A DNA stretch of 25,912 nucleotides from Planctomycetota bacterium (lineage in GTDB: Bacteria > Planctomycetota > GCA-002687715 > DRQF01), in contig JAZGFI010000172.1 in assembly GCA_036479435.1 (NCBI GenBank), positions 1-25,912 on the forward strand. The letters are read 5' to 3'. The first letter of the stretch is position 1, and each line of letters starts with the position of its first letter. Made by a program: the position numbers and the translations under genes. This document shows positions 1-10,353 of this stretch, in pieces. A model generated the notes under the pieces. That model had not been told where the DNA came from and searched no databases. It worked only from the letters and a program-made list of their open reading frames with translations.

Positions 1-96
1 GGGCGCATGACTCGGGGCCACCACGGGTGGCTAACCCTTTAGTGTAAGGCTCTTTCATCCTCTGCTTTCTGCCGGTTTTAATCGGCGCATCACGGC

Positions 97-159
97 GTCA
101 GACTAAATTCTCCCGCTTTTTTAGGTCAGACCTAAAAAAGCGGGAGAATTTAGTCTGAC
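97..159. repeat. Perfect inverted repeat, 31-bp arms around a single central A (extends to 92-164 with one mismatch)
   Basis: 97-127 GTCAGACTAAATTCTCCCGCTTTTTTAGGTC is the exact reverse complement of 129-159 GACCTAAAAAAGCGGGAGAATTTAGTCTGAC, checked base by base. It lies 14 bp past the nqrM stop. Confidence 0.97.
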
Positions 160-173
160 TCCGTACAACCGGT

Positions 174-368
174 TTAGTTGACGCAGTCGGGGGTTTTTTG
201 GGCGGGATCGCCTTCGCAGATGTCGCACAAGGGGTCGCCGAAACGGTCGCTCATGGCGCCGAGGCCGCCGCAGGTTCCCTTTAGGGGTTTGGCGGCGAAG
301 AGGACGCCGACGGCCATGGCCAAAAGGGCGGTGGCAAAGACGCCGAAAGTGATGAGGAAGGTGTTCAT
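174..368 (-). CDS. nqrM: Na+-NQR maturation protein NqrM (DUF539)
   Basis: 64 aa with an N-terminal TM helix ending MAVGV, then KPLKGTCGGLG, CDIC and a fourth Cys. ATGA overlap with the apbE stop and position at the end of the nqr operon both fit. Confidence 0.92.
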   Translation of the reverse strand: MNTFLITFGVFATALLAMAVGVLFAAKPLKGTCGGLGAMSDRFGDPLCDICEGDPAQKTPDCVN

Positions 369-1474
369 TCTTTGCGCTCTTTTCCGAAGAGTTGATCGAA
401 GGCGGGGCTTCTTAATTCTTCAAAGCCGGATTCGCGGCGGACGATGAAAAAGGCGACGAGATTACGTTCGAGGGCTAGTTCATAGCCCTTGACGGGACCA
501 AGGACCATCAGCGCCGTCGCCCAGGCATCGGCTGATTCACAACGTTCGTGGACGACGGACACCGAAGCCAAGCTGTGCACGACCGGACGCCCCGTTCGCG
601 GGTCGATCGTGTGAGAGAAGCGACGGCCCTCCTCCTTAAAGAAATTGCGGTAGTCGCCGGACGTCGCAATCGCGCGATCGCCGATTTCGATCAGGCGTTG
701 CAATCCGCGTCCAATATCCTGCGGGCGCTCGATGGCGACTCGCCAGGGACTGCCGTTGTCTTTTTTGCCGCGCGCGCGCAGCTCGCCGCCGACCTCGACG
801 AAGTAGCTGTGGATGCCCTCGCTCTCGAGGAACATCGCGACCCTATCGACACCGTGCCCTTTTGCGCTCGCCGAAAGATCGACGTAGAGCGAAGAATGGG
901 TTTTTCTTAAGGCCGGCGGTTCGACGCGGAATTTCAGACGATCCAGTCCAGTGCGCTCTCTGGCCAAGGTCAACGCGGCATCATGGGGAACCTCGCGCTT
1001 GGGATTCCCCGGACCAAAGCCCCACAGATTAACGACGGGGCCAAGGGTGACATCCATCGCTCCCCCGCTCTCCACTCCAATCGCGAGACTGCGCTTGACG
1101 ACACCAGCCAGGTCTGTCGAGCAAGCCTGCCAATCCGTCGAACTGGAGGCATTGAAGCGGCTCAACTCGGAGTTCGGAAGGTAAGTCGACATCTCGGCGT
1201 TGACCGCTTTGAGGACCGCTTTGGCACCAGCAAAAAGCCCGTCGACATTCTTGCCCTCCAAAGCCGACTCAGGAATCTTCACGATCCAAGTCGAACCCAT
1301 GGTCGCGCCGCCAAAGCTGCGCGGCGGCTTGGATGCGGAGCTGGAATCTCCGCAGGCAACAAGGGCAAGCAACAGCAAAACGTAGGACATGACGACGGCC
1401 GTCAGCCGCTTGCTTACAAGCGAGACGGCCGAGTCACGATGGATCGTTGAAGACTCGCGTCTAACCGAAGTCAT
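365..1474 (-). CDS. apbE: FAD:protein FMN transferase ApbE, lipoprotein (start uncertain: ATG 1474 or ATG 1390)
   Basis: Motifs [57 protein letters not shown]; lipobox-like LLALVA-C; directly after nqrF. The track start at 1510 lies well inside nqrF. Confidence 0.95.
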   Translation of the reverse strand: MTSVRRESSTIHRDSAVSLVSKRLTAVVMSYVLLLLALVACGDSSSASKPPRSFGGATMGSTWIVKIPESALEGKNVDGLFAGAKAVLKAVNAEMSTYLPNSELSRFNASSSTDWQACSTDLAGVVKRSLAIGVESGGAMDVTLGPVVNLWGFGPGNPKREVPHDAALTLARERTGLDRLKFRVEPPALRKTHSSLYVDLSASAKGHGVDRVAMFLESEGIHSYFVEVGGELRARGKKDNGSPWRVAIERPQDIGRGLQRLIEIGDRAIATSGDYRNFFKEEGRRFSHTIDPRTGRPVVHSLASVSVVHERCESADAWATALMVLGPVKGYELALERNLVAFFIVRRESGFEELRSPAFDQLFGKERKE

Positions 1475-2675
1475 CGAAGAGGATATTCTCTTGTTCGACA
1501 CCGAGGTCATCGAGCATCTTGAAGCAGGCCTGCAGCATCATCGGCGGTCCGCACAAGTAGTACTCGATATCTTCTGGTGCGGGGTGGTCCCTTAGATAGT
1601 TGTCATGCAAGACTTGGTGAATGAACCCGGTATACCCCGTCCAATTGTCCTCGGGCAGGGGGTCCGATAAGGCGATGTGATAGGAGAAATTCGGGAAGTC
1701 CTTCTCAATCGACTCGAAGTGATCTGTGTAGAACAACTCGCGGCTGCTGCGCCCACCGTACCAGTAGCTGACTTTGCGGTCGGACTCGCGGCTTTTGAAG
1801 AGTTCGAACACGTGAGAGCGAAGGGGGGCCATTCCCGCCCCACCACCGATGTAAACCATCTCGGCCTTTGATTCTCGAATGAAGAACTCTCCGTAGGGAC
1901 CGGAGATTGTCACTTCGTCGCCTTCTTTTAGGTTGAAGATAAACGACGACATCTGACCCGGGGGAAGATCAGGGCGATTCGGCGGTGGGCTCGCGACCCG
2001 AACGTTGAGCATGATGATGCCCTTTTCGCCCGGGTAGTTCGCCATCGAGTAGGCGCGCTCGACGGTCTCATCGACCTTTGAGACGAAACGCCACATGTCA
2101 AAGCGATCCCAGTCGCCGCGATACTCGGTCTGAATATCAAAGTCTTTGTAGTTCGCGACGTGCGGCGGGCATTCGATCTGAATGAAGCCGCCGGCTTTGA
2201 ACTCGACGTTCTCGCCCTCAGGCAACTCGAGCACGAGTTCCTTGATGAAGGTCGCCACGTTGTCGTTTGAACGGACTTTACAGCGCCATTTCTTGGCCCC
2301 GATCGCCTCCGTCGGCACTTCGATCCTCATGTCGCGTTTGACGGCGACCTGGCATGCCAAGCGGCAACCTTCTTTGGCCTCGTTCTTGCTGATGTGCGCC
2401 TCTTCGGTCGGCAGGATATCCCCGCCACCCTCAAAGATGTTGACCTTGCATTGCGCGCAGGTGCCACCGCCACCACAGGCCGACGAAACATAAATCCCCT
2501 CGTCAGCGAGGACGTTGAGCAACTTGTTTCCAGCCGGAACGTTGAGGTTGCGGTCTTCGTTGACCACGATGTTGACGGGACCACTTGCGACGAGCTTCGA
2601 GCGCGCCGATAGGATGACTCCGACAAGAGCCACAACCACGAAAGTGAACATCCCGACTCCGAGGACGACTTCCAT
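1461..2675 (-). CDS. nqrF: Na+-NQR subunit F (2Fe-2S, FAD, NADH binding)
   Basis: N-terminal TM helix, [12 protein letters not shown] and RLACQ Fe-S motifs, [29 protein letters not shown]-terminal DDFG. AAAGGAG lies 6 nt before ATG 2675. Confidence 0.98.
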   Translation of the reverse strand: MEVVLGVGMFTFVVVALVGVILSARSKLVASGPVNIVVNEDRNLNVPAGNKLLNVLADEGIYVSSACGGGGTCAQCKVNIFEGGGDILPTEEAHISKNEAKEGCRLACQVAVKRDMRIEVPTEAIGAKKWRCKVRSNDNVATFIKELVLELPEGENVEFKAGGFIQIECPPHVANYKDFDIQTEYRGDWDRFDMWRFVSKVDETVERAYSMANYPGEKGIIMLNVRVASPPPNRPDLPPGQMSSFIFNLKEGDEVTISGPYGEFFIRESKAEMVYIGGGAGMAPLRSHVFELFKSRESDRKVSYWYGGRSSRELFYTDHFESIEKDFPNFSYHIALSDPLPEDNWTGYTGFIHQVLHDNYLRDHPAPEDIEYYLCGPPMMLQACFKMLDDLGVEQENILFDDFG

Positions 2676-2730
2676 CAAAAACTCCTTTGAGCTGCGTACG
2701 AGAGATTCCGACTCTCGCGCGCGAGGGTCC

Positions 2731-3342
2731 CTAGAGGCTTATTCCACCGAAAGACATGAATGCCAGCGACATCAGACCGACGATGATAAAGGTAATACCC
2801 AGGCCTCTGAGGCCGGGTGGGACATCGCTATACTTCAGTTTCTCTCGAATGCCCGCGAGCGCGACGATAGCGATGGCCCAGCCGAAGCCGGAGCCAACAC
2901 CAAACACGACACTTTCGCCGAAGTTGTAATCGCGTTCTTGCATGAACAAAGATCCGCCGAGGATGGCGCAGTTCACGGTGATCAGGGGCAAGAAGATTCC
3001 GAGCGCGTTGTAGAGCGACGGAAAAAACCGGTCCAGGATCATCTCGAGGATCTGCACCATAGCCGCGATGACGCCAATGAAACTGATCAGACTCAGAAAC
3101 TGCAAGTCCGCTTGGTCTTGCCCCATCCACGCCAGAGCCCCTGGCTTCAGCAAGTAGGTGTAGAGCAGATTGTTAGCGGGAATTGTAATTCCCTGGATGA
3201 CCACAACTGCGATTCCCAGCCCGAACGCGGTCTCGACCTTCTTGGACACGGCGAGGAAGGTGCACATGCCGAGAAAAAACGCGAGCGCCAGGTTCTCGAT
3301 GAAGACGGCTTTGACGAAGAGTCCGAGGTAATGTTCGAGCAT
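2731..3342 (-). CDS. nqrE: Na+-NQR subunit E
   Basis: [67 protein letters not shown]. Confidence 0.98.
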   Translation of the reverse strand: MLEHYLGLFVKAVFIENLALAFFLGMCTFLAVSKKVETAFGLGIAVVVIQGITIPANNLLYTYLLKPGALAWMGQDQADLQFLSLISFIGVIAAMVQILEMILDRFFPSLYNALGIFLPLITVNCAILGGSLFMQERDYNFGESVVFGVGSGFGWAIAIVALAGIREKLKYSDVPPGLRGLGITFIIVGLMSLAFMSFGGISL

Positions 3343-3345
3343 GGA

Positions 3346-3969
3346 TCAGTTCTCCTCGACTTGCTCGGGCTTCCAAGTCCGCAGCAGCCAAATGAAAAGA
3401 CCAATGACGAAAAAGGAACTCGGGGGCAAAAGCATCAACCCGTTCGGCTGGTACCAGCCGCCATTCGTCGTGGACGTCAAGATCTCGTAGCCGAGGAGTT
3501 TTCCAGAGCCGAGCAGCTCGCGGAAAAAGGCAACAAATATCAACACGAGGCTGTAACCCAGACCGTTTCCGATCCCGTCCACGAAGCTCTTCACCACGCC
3601 ATTCTTCATGGCGTAGGCTTCGGCGCGACCCATCACGATGCAGTTCGTGATAATGAGACCCACAAACACCGCCATCTTTTTGTAGGTGTCGAAAGCGTAG
3701 GCTTTCAAAATCTGCTCGACGATGATCACCAAGGAAGCGATGATCGTCATCTGCACGATGATGCGGATGCTGCTGGGAATGTGGTTACGAATTGCCGCTA
3801 CGGCGGCGTTCGAGCAGGCGACGACCGCAATCACCGAAACGCACATGATGAGCGTCGGCTTCAACTGAGAGGTCACCGCCAGCGCCGAACAGATACCAAG
3901 GATCTGTAGGGCAATGGGGTTATCGTTGAAGATCGGCTTGGTAAGGATCTCCTTCATCCGACTAGCCAT
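3346..3969 (-). CDS. nqrD: Na+-NQR subunit D
   Basis: [68 protein letters not shown]. Confidence 0.98.
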   Translation of the reverse strand: MASRMKEILTKPIFNDNPIALQILGICSALAVTSQLKPTLIMCVSVIAVVACSNAAVAAIRNHIPSSIRIIVQMTIIASLVIIVEQILKAYAFDTYKKMAVFVGLIITNCIVMGRAEAYAMKNGVVKSFVDGIGNGLGYSLVLIFVAFFRELLGSGKLLGYEILTSTTNGGWYQPNGLMLLPPSSFFVIGLFIWLLRTWKPEQVEEN

Positions 3970-4744
3970 CGTTAGGCTCCTTCTTCGCGAGTTTGTCGAG
4001 GAAGGGCTTAAAGCCCGAATCCCCCAGCCAGTAACGAAGCATTGCGTCCACCCCTCGCACCGTAATGGTCGCCCCCGAAATGCCGTCGGCCTTATGCTGG
4101 GCCGCGGGATCGTTCGGCAGAACCGCGCCCTTTAGGACGTCAAACTTATATTCGCCGTCTTTGTACATGACCTTGCCCGGCCACTGGCCGCGCCAAATTG
4201 GGTTCTCGACCTCTCCGCCGAGACCCGCCGTTTCACCTTGCTGGTAAAAGACGAGTCCGCGCACAGTCTTTAGGTCAGATTCCAAAGCCACGAATCCGTA
4301 CATCGTCGACCACAGTCCCTTGCCGTGAAACGGCAACACGACGCAGGAGAGTTTGCCGTTTTCACGCTGGATGAAGGCCTCGGCGAATTTTGAGCGACGC
4401 TTGATGTGACCGAGGTCTTCCTTCGTGGGAATCTCGATACTGCGTTCGGGGTCTTTCGCGGCGACGCGTTGTTCAAAAGTCGCGGGATCGATGTCACTTG
4501 CAATTTCGCCGGTCGCCAAGTTGACCACGCAGGCATCGATGCTCTTGAAGAGTTCTTGGACATCGACGTCGTCATCTGGCCCGATGATCGCGGCCGCAAT
4601 GAGGACATTGCGGCGCTTGTCGAGCTGCTTGTTTATTTCCTGCCGGTCGCGAAGCCCCACCGCGAGCGCGGAGACGATCACTGAGCACACAACGCACAAT
4701 GACACGGCGACGAACAGGACTTTGCCGATGCTATCCTTTGACAC
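3962..4744 (-). CDS. nqrC: Na+-NQR subunit C (GTG start at 4744)
   Basis: TM helix with [38 protein letters not shown] attachment motif [21 protein letters not shown] lies upstream of the GTG, which overlaps the nqrB end. Confidence 0.96.
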   Translation of the reverse strand: MSKDSIGKVLFVAVSLCVVCSVIVSALAVGLRDRQEINKQLDKRRNVLIAAAIIGPDDDVDVQELFKSIDACVVNLATGEIASDIDPATFEQRVAAKDPERSIEIPTKEDLGHIKRRSKFAEAFIQRENGKLSCVVLPFHGKGLWSTMYGFVALESDLKTVRGLVFYQQGETAGLGGEVENPIWRGQWPGKVMYKDGEYKFDVLKGAVLPNDPAAQHKADGISGATITVRGVDAMLRYWLGDSGFKPFLDKLAKKEPNDG

Positions 4745-5957
4745 TGCGCAGCATCCTTCTTTTGATGTTCGCCTTAACGACGATGAAGTCGAAGACCGGC
4801 GCGAACACGTTGCCAAACAAGATTGCCAACATGATTCCCTCCGGGAAGGCGGGATTGATCACGCGGACCAAGATCGTCATGAATCCGATCAATATTCCGT
4901 AGGCCCAACGACCGGTGTTCGTCATCGCCGCCGACACGGGGTCTGTCGCCATAAAGACGAGTCCAAATGCGAGGCCGCCGCTGCAAAGGTGCCAGAGCGG
5001 ATTCATCTCGAACATGGGATTTGTTTCGCTTCCGACCCAATTAAGCAGACCGGAAAAAGCCACAGAGCCCACGATGACGCCCACCATCACCCGCCAAGAG
5101 CCAATGCCAGCCATGATGAGAAAGGCCGCCCCGAACAAACAAGCGAGGACCGAGGTCTCGCCCATTGAACCGGGGATGAACCCGAGAAAGGAATCCCAAA
5201 GCGTGATGTTCTGGGCTTCGATCGCGGCCATGCCACCCTCAGCGCCAGCCCCGAGGGCCGTCGCGCCGGTGGCGCCATCGGCCGCCGCCCACACCGAAAG
5301 GCCACCCGTGATTTGGGCCGGGTAGGCGAAGTACAAAAACGCACGGGCCGTCAGAGCGGGGTTAAGGAAGTTCTTGCCGGTACCACCAAATACTTCTTTG
5401 CCAATCACCACGCCAAAGCTAATCCCGAGAGCAACCTGCCACAGCGGCATCGTCGGGGGCAGCGTGAGAGGAAAGAGCAGGCCCGTAACAAGGAATCCCT
5501 CGTTGATTTCGTGGCCACGGATGGTCGAAAAGATCGCCTCCCAAGTTCCGCCCACCGACATCGTCACGATGTAAGCGGGAACAAAGAACAGGCCACCGTA
5601 GACAAAACAAGACAACAGGCTGCTTGAATCGTAGGTCAATCCCAGAGCCGACATGATCGAGTCACGCCATCCTCCCACCGACGAGACGCCGCCGTCGCCC
5701 GCTTCCATCGCCTCGATGCCCTGCAGGCCCGAGTTGTAGAACGCCATCAAGACGCAGGGGATCAGCGCCCACACCACGACGATCATCATTCGCTTCAGAT
5801 CGATGCCATCGCGAACGTGGGTCTTTCCCTTGGCGACGTCGCCCGGAGTGAACAAGAAAGTGTCGATGGCTTCGTAGGCCGGGTAAAACTTTTCGAGCTT
5901 CCCTCCCTTGTGGAAGGGCTTACCAACCCGATCGAGAAGTCCGCGAATCGCCTTCAT
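4731..5957 (-). CDS. nqrB: Na+-NQR subunit B (ATG at 5957, TGATG overlap with the nqrA stop)
   Basis: [48 protein letters not shown] motif [34 protein letters not shown]. Confidence 0.98.
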   Translation of the reverse strand: MKAIRGLLDRVGKPFHKGGKLEKFYPAYEAIDTFLFTPGDVAKGKTHVRDGIDLKRMMIVVVWALIPCVLMAFYNSGLQGIEAMEAGDGGVSSVGGWRDSIMSALGLTYDSSSLLSCFVYGGLFFVPAYIVTMSVGGTWEAIFSTIRGHEINEGFLVTGLLFPLTLPPTMPLWQVALGISFGVVIGKEVFGGTGKNFLNPALTARAFLYFAYPAQITGGLSVWAAADGATGATALGAGAEGGMAAIEAQNITLWDSFLGFIPGSMGETSVLACLFGAAFLIMAGIGSWRVMVGVIVGSVAFSGLLNWVGSETNPMFEMNPLWHLCSGGLAFGLVFMATDPVSAAMTNTGRWAYGILIGFMTILVRVINPAFPEGIMLAILFGNVFAPVFDFIVVKANIKRRMLRSVKG

Positions 5958-7315
5958 CAACCGTTCCTCTCGATAAAGGTGAGGTTTTCGCGCAACAACT
6001 GGCCGTACTCCTCCTTGCCTGGGCACACGAAGGTGCACAGTCCCAAATCCTCTTCGTCGAGCTCCAAAGCCCCAAGCTGTTGGGCGTAGTCCGTGTCCTT
6101 GGTCATCAGTGCCCGCAACAAAAAGGTCGGGAAGATGTCAAGAGGCATGACTTGCTCGAACGAGCCGACCGGCACCATGGCCCGAGGGCTCCCGTTGACG
6201 TTGGTCGTCATCGCGAACTTCTTCGAAGGAGATAGCGCTGAGCTGTAGATTCTTTTGATCGAATACTTGTTGCCGCCGGGCATGTGCCAGCCGATGAACT
6301 CGCGATGGCGGCCCTCTTCAACGATGGACAGCTGCACATCGAAACGACCCAAGAAACCGAGACGGTCGAGTTCAGCGTTTTCCGTTGCCGTGCCGCAAAG
6401 CACGGAACCGCTGATAAGCCGGGCCTCGCCGACCCCGTCCTTAACCTCACCCTGAGCCAACTCGGCGATCGAGGCGCCAAGCGGGCAACTGACCAAGCGA
6501 GGCTTGGCCGCCGCAGGCCCGGCGATGGCGATGACTCGTTTCGTGTCGATCTGGCCGAGACGCAAGAAGTAGCCCAAAGCGGCGACGTCTTGGTAACCGA
6601 TCGTCCAGACTTGGTAGTTGATATTCACCGGATCCACGAAGTGGATGTGAGTACCGACCAAACCAGCCGGATGCGGGCCGTCGAATTCGTGTACTTCGAC
6701 ACCTTTCAGCCCAGTACCCGGGGTCTTGGCGCCGGGTGCGGTTCCGAGGTGGACAGCACCCTCACTCAAGATAGTTAGAGCCTTCAGGCCCAGCTCGAAG
6801 TCATCTTGGCGATCGGCCAGAACCACCGCAGGATCAGCGGCTAAGGGGTTCGTGTCCATGACGCTCACAAAGATCGAGTTCGCACGGCTATTCGGCGCAG
6901 GAATGCGGCTGTAGGGCCGCGTCCGGAAGGCCGTCCAAAGCCCAGATTCGACCAGGCGTTGCACGAGCTGATCCCGCTCGGGCAATTCTCCATCACCGTT
7001 TGGAAATGAAAGCGACTCAGCCTTAGCATCGACTTCGATGACCACCGACTGCAAGACACGTTTCGCTCCGCGATTGACCGCCGCAATGCGCCCCGCGGCC
7101 GGAGCCGTAAAGAGCACACCAGGGGTCTTTTTGTCACTAAATAAGGGCTCGCCGAGACGTACTCGGTCGCCCTCTTTCACCATCATCGTCGGCTTCATGC
7201 CGACGTAATCAGGACCGAGGACCGCGACGTGCTTGACGTCTTTGTGGCTCTCGATCCGCTGCTCTGGCCCTCCCGTTATCGGAAGGTCGAGCCCCTTTCT
7301 GATCTTGAAGCGCAA
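5957..7315 (-). CDS. nqrA: Na+-NQR subunit A (TTG start)
   Basis: [79 protein letters not shown]. An in-frame TGA five codons upstream limits the start. Confidence 0.98.
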   Translation of the reverse strand: MRFKIRKGLDLPITGGPEQRIESHKDVKHVAVLGPDYVGMKPTMMVKEGDRVRLGEPLFSDKKTPGVLFTAPAAGRIAAVNRGAKRVLQSVVIEVDAKAESLSFPNGDGELPERDQLVQRLVESGLWTAFRTRPYSRIPAPNSRANSIFVSVMDTNPLAADPAVVLADRQDDFELGLKALTILSEGAVHLGTAPGAKTPGTGLKGVEVHEFDGPHPAGLVGTHIHFVDPVNINYQVWTIGYQDVAALGYFLRLGQIDTKRVIAIAGPAAAKPRLVSCPLGASIAELAQGEVKDGVGEARLISGSVLCGTATENAELDRLGFLGRFDVQLSIVEEGRHREFIGWHMPGGNKYSIKRIYSSALSPSKKFAMTTNVNGSPRAMVPVGSFEQVMPLDIFPTFLLRALMTKDTDYAQQLGALELDEEDLGLCTFVCPGKEEYGQLLRENLTFIERNG

Positions 7316-7368
7316 GGGGTGGATCTTTCAGTATGGAACGCGTGCTCGCAGGCCTGCGAAGCCCGCGG

Positions 7369-7397
7369 ATCCTATGTAACCGCCAAGGCCATCTCAA
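7369..7397 (-). promoter_or_regulatory. Putative sigma70-type promoter of the nqr operon
   Basis: Minus strand TTGAGA (7397-7392), 17-nt spacer, TAGGAT (7374-7369), 53 nt upstream of the nqrA start. Confidence 0.55.
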
Positions 7398-7507
7398 CTG
7401 GAAGCTGGGCTCAAGAGAGTCTCTTCAAGCTCTTGCCAGCCAACGGTTTCGGATCGGTCGTCGGTCCACAACGCCAGCGTTCGCCAGTTCGCAGCGCCTA
7501 CCCGGCG

Positions 7508-10237
7508 CTAGTCGACGACAACGCAGTCTTTCTTGATCACTGCGAGCGGCTGGCCACGATCCACAACGGCGACGTAGGCCAGCGACTTGGCGAGTTCTAA
7601 GTCCTTCAAGGCGATCGCGAGCAACAAGTCCACCGATTCACCCGGCAAGATCCCCAATGGCGGGATCGGCACGGCACTGGGAGCCGCCGCGACTTTTTGG
7701 GTGGACTGCCGGATCACCGCGGCCGTCATCGCACCGCGCCCAATGGGGCCGCCAACCAAAGCCCCTGACTTCTTGTCGAGCGACAACTTCACTCGCCACA
7801 CGAGCTGGTGACGAGAGCGCCTGATACGGTTGGACTCAGCCCCCATGCTCAACACCACAACCCTAGGCCCACTCGCTTTGGCCAGAGCCTCGAAGCGGCC
7901 GAAAAGGCCGCGCAGTTCAGTGGGCATTTCTTCTGACACCGCACTCAGTTTTCCAAATAATTCCGCCGCCTCTGACTTTGCGTCTCGGTCCGAAAGATCT
8001 GCGAGTGCCTCAAGCGCGAGGCCCCAATCCGTATAGCCCACGGCAAGCGATTCCATGAACTCGCGCTCGTAAAAACCCGCCACACGAGCTGCTTGGGCCA
8101 CTTGGTTTTTGTGTTCTCTAAAATCGACGAGGCGCCTTTGACTAATCTGCATCCGCGCAAGCCAGCCACTCTTCCCCCATCCCTTCAAGATCACTTGAAT
8201 CTGTCGCCTCACAATACCGTCGGAGTGCAACACCAAGCTTCGCAACAAGGGGACGGATAACTCGGCGTCAGTTTTGTGAGCGCCCTCAATGATAAGTTTC
8301 TGTCGGCCGGGCCATTTTTCCTCCCCAACCGTGACCAGATACCTCAAGGGCAAAGTGCGAAAGTCCGACGCCTTGTTGAGACAACGCCACGCAAAGGCAT
8401 CGAGTTCTCGAGGCAGCACGCTCCCCAACAACAGGGACTCCAGCATACGAAGGTTGATTCCGTCTCCTAAAGTCGCAAGCGCCGTGGTGGCTAAGACGCG
8501 ATCACTGTAGGCGCCACGAGCCACTGCGATTCGCAGTTTCTCTCGCTGCGATCGGTCACCATTAGCGGCGGCGGCGATCGCGGCGGCGGCGGCAACCGCG
8601 GGTTTTGCGTCCAAAAGGAGCTTGGCGATCAGGCTCTTGCATTTTGTATCAGCTGAGTAGACCCCCAAGGCCAGGGCCGCCCAAGACCGCAGCGTGGGAT
8701 TGTCGTGCTCGGCCAATGCAAAGACCTCGTCCAAGACTCCCTTCGGCACATAGACCAGGACTTTCTGTAAGGCCTGCCCGCGTTCGGAGTCTCGATCTGC
8801 GGTTCCCAATGCAATCTTCAGCAATCGAACGCCTTCGGCCTCATCACCGCGCGCATAGGCGGCATCAATCTCCGCCAACCGCAGCTCGGTAGTCGCCGCT
8901 AGCTTCGCCGCCGGACGTTCGGACCGCAATCTTGCAGAAACAGCACGCTCTGTAAATCGCGGCGGGATGTCGGCACCGCGAGAACCGCGATTCCACACGA
9001 ATGCCGCCAGCTCCAACCAATATTTCATCCGCGCCAAGACCCTCGGCTTCTTTACGCTCAGGTCTTGGAGCTCAGTCTCGTCTTCGATCAAGTGATAAAG
9101 CCGATAACGGTCATCGACGGCGTCGTAAACGATCTTCCAGGGAAAGGCCACCGCCGCAACCGCGGTGCCGTTCCTCAGGCGAGGATCTTTAATGCAAGAC
9201 AAAGAAACCGAAGCGGGCATCTTGACGACTGCGGTCTCCCCGACCAGCAAGGGCAACAGACTTTGACCCTGCGTGCCCTCGGGTTCGCCCCAACCGAAAA
9301 GACTGCCGATGGTCGGCGCAACATCACTAAGGTCCACGCCGTGGGCAATCGTGCGGCCAGTACTTCCAGGCACCAAGAACAGCAAGGGAATGCGGATGAC
9401 ACGCTCCGACAACAGCCGCCGCCGCTTCCTGCCGTTTTCTTCGCCGAGTTCCGCTGCCTGGTCGGAACTCAAGACGATCAGAGTGTTCTTTTGCTGACCC
9501 TGCGTTTGCAAAACATCCAGAAGTTTTCTGAGGACCTTGTCAAAGCCAGCGAGGCGCCGGTCGTGGCGGTCTTGAGGGTCTTCTATTTCGTCGCCGCTGA
9601 GAGCAGGCGAAACGAGGTCTCCCACTTCAAACCACATCAAAAACCTCTTCCCTTTGGCGGCCGCAATGAGACTCATCGCGTCGGCCACGGAATCACGCCC
9701 GCTCCGATTTGGACGATTCAAAAAGAACTTGAAGCCCTGGCGCAGCGTCACTCTTTCGGCTCGGTCTCTCGCCAGGGCTTTTTCGGGCAGGCTCGTGACC
9801 GCCGCCGTCGCCAGACCTGCGGCTTGCGCGCGGTCGACCAGAGTCTTGGCCGCCATGACTCGCATTAGCTCGTCTTTGAGGGATTTCACTTTAGCCGGCG
9901 CAAAGTAGCGGCCACCCAACATTGAAGCGGAGGCCGCCCCGATCTCGGGATAAGTCGTTCTTGTGTTCTCAAAGCGAAAACTCTCGGACGCCAGCTGCGC
10001 CAGGGTTGGGGCGATCTTGGGCCGCTCGATGTCTTCGGGACGTAATCCCGCTACAGTTATCAGTAAGACATTGGCCTGCGACCGGCTCGGCATCAATCGG
10101 TCTTTGGTCGCCTCGCTGACACTCGTCGCGCCAAAGAATTGCGAAGGCTTCGGCACGGTTTGGGCCCGCGCAAAAGGCGCTGCCACCAACATGGCGACCG
10201 TTGCACCGGCGAGATAAATGGCTCGAAATCGGCACAT
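7508..10237 (-). CDS. Exported sulfatase/alkaline-phosphatase-fold protein with HEAT-like repeats, probably catalytically inactive
   Basis: Signal peptide (..PFARA-Q). Sulfatase scaffold motifs NVLLITV..LR, PTLAQLA.ESFRFEN, SMLGGRY, NTLIVLSSD, RIPLLF, DVAPTI, QGQSLLPLL, LYHL.EDETE. Then Ala/Leu-rich HEAT-like units (DNPTLRSWAALALG, AKPAVAAAAAIA, DRVLATTALATLGD) and a C-terminal beta-rich region with LPGES. Confidence 0.8.
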   Translation of the reverse strand: MCRFRAIYLAGATVAMLVAAPFARAQTVPKPSQFFGATSVSEATKDRLMPSRSQANVLLITVAGLRPEDIERPKIAPTLAQLASESFRFENTRTTYPEIGAASASMLGGRYFAPAKVKSLKDELMRVMAAKTLVDRAQAAGLATAAVTSLPEKALARDRAERVTLRQGFKFFLNRPNRSGRDSVADAMSLIAAAKGKRFLMWFEVGDLVSPALSGDEIEDPQDRHDRRLAGFDKVLRKLLDVLQTQGQQKNTLIVLSSDQAAELGEENGRKRRRLLSERVIRIPLLFLVPGSTGRTIAHGVDLSDVAPTIGSLFGWGEPEGTQGQSLLPLLVGETAVVKMPASVSLSCIKDPRLRNGTAVAAVAFPWKIVYDAVDDRYRLYHLIEDETELQDLSVKKPRVLARMKYWLELAAFVWNRGSRGADIPPRFTERAVSARLRSERPAAKLAATTELRLAEIDAAYARGDEAEGVRLLKIALGTADRDSERGQALQKVLVYVPKGVLDEVFALAEHDNPTLRSWAALALGVYSADTKCKSLIAKLLLDAKPAVAAAAAIAAAANGDRSQREKLRIAVARGAYSDRVLATTALATLGDGINLRMLESLLLGSVLPRELDAFAWRCLNKASDFRTLPLRYLVTVGEEKWPGRQKLIIEGAHKTDAELSVPLLRSLVLHSDGIVRRQIQVILKGWGKSGWLARMQISQRRLVDFREHKNQVAQAARVAGFYEREFMESLAVGYTDWGLALEALADLSDRDAKSEAAELFGKLSAVSEEMPTELRGLFGRFEALAKASGPRVVVLSMGAESNRIRRSRHQLVWRVKLSLDKKSGALVGGPIGRGAMTAAVIRQSTQKVAAAPSAVPIPPLGILPGESVDLLLAIALKDLELAKSLAYVAVVDRGQPLAVIKKDCVVVD

Positions 10238-10353
10238 AGGTTCAATCTCAAAAAACGAGTGCGAGGCGGTAACGAGAATACGGCGACCTTAGCAAAGTCC
10301 GCCCAGATTAGGCCCCCAGAATTCAGGGCATCGCCAGCGAATGGGCCCAAAGA

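Noticed and set aside
1..58. Possible start of a minus-strand gene leaving the window (ATG at 58 or at 8)
   Set aside because: Too short to assign a frame or product.
97..159. Palindrome as a canonical rho-independent terminator or CRISPR repeat
   Set aside because: The U tract is inside the stem rather than after it, and there is a single unit with no spacers or cas genes.
2515..3909. 464-aa plus-strand ORF
   Set aside because: Antisense shadow of the conserved nqrD/E/F genes; no recognisable motifs, and expected from GC-rich codon bias.
2731..5957. Rnf complex assignment
   Set aside because: NqrA and NqrF signatures, gene order and nqrM identify Na+-NQR.
7423..7439. Sigma54-like CTGGCAAGAGCTTGAAG on the minus strand upstream of nqrA
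   Set aside because: Lacks the GC at the GG-N10 position.
8565..8600. GCG trinucleotide runs
   Set aside because: They encode the Ala-rich HEAT helix; not an independent repeat element.
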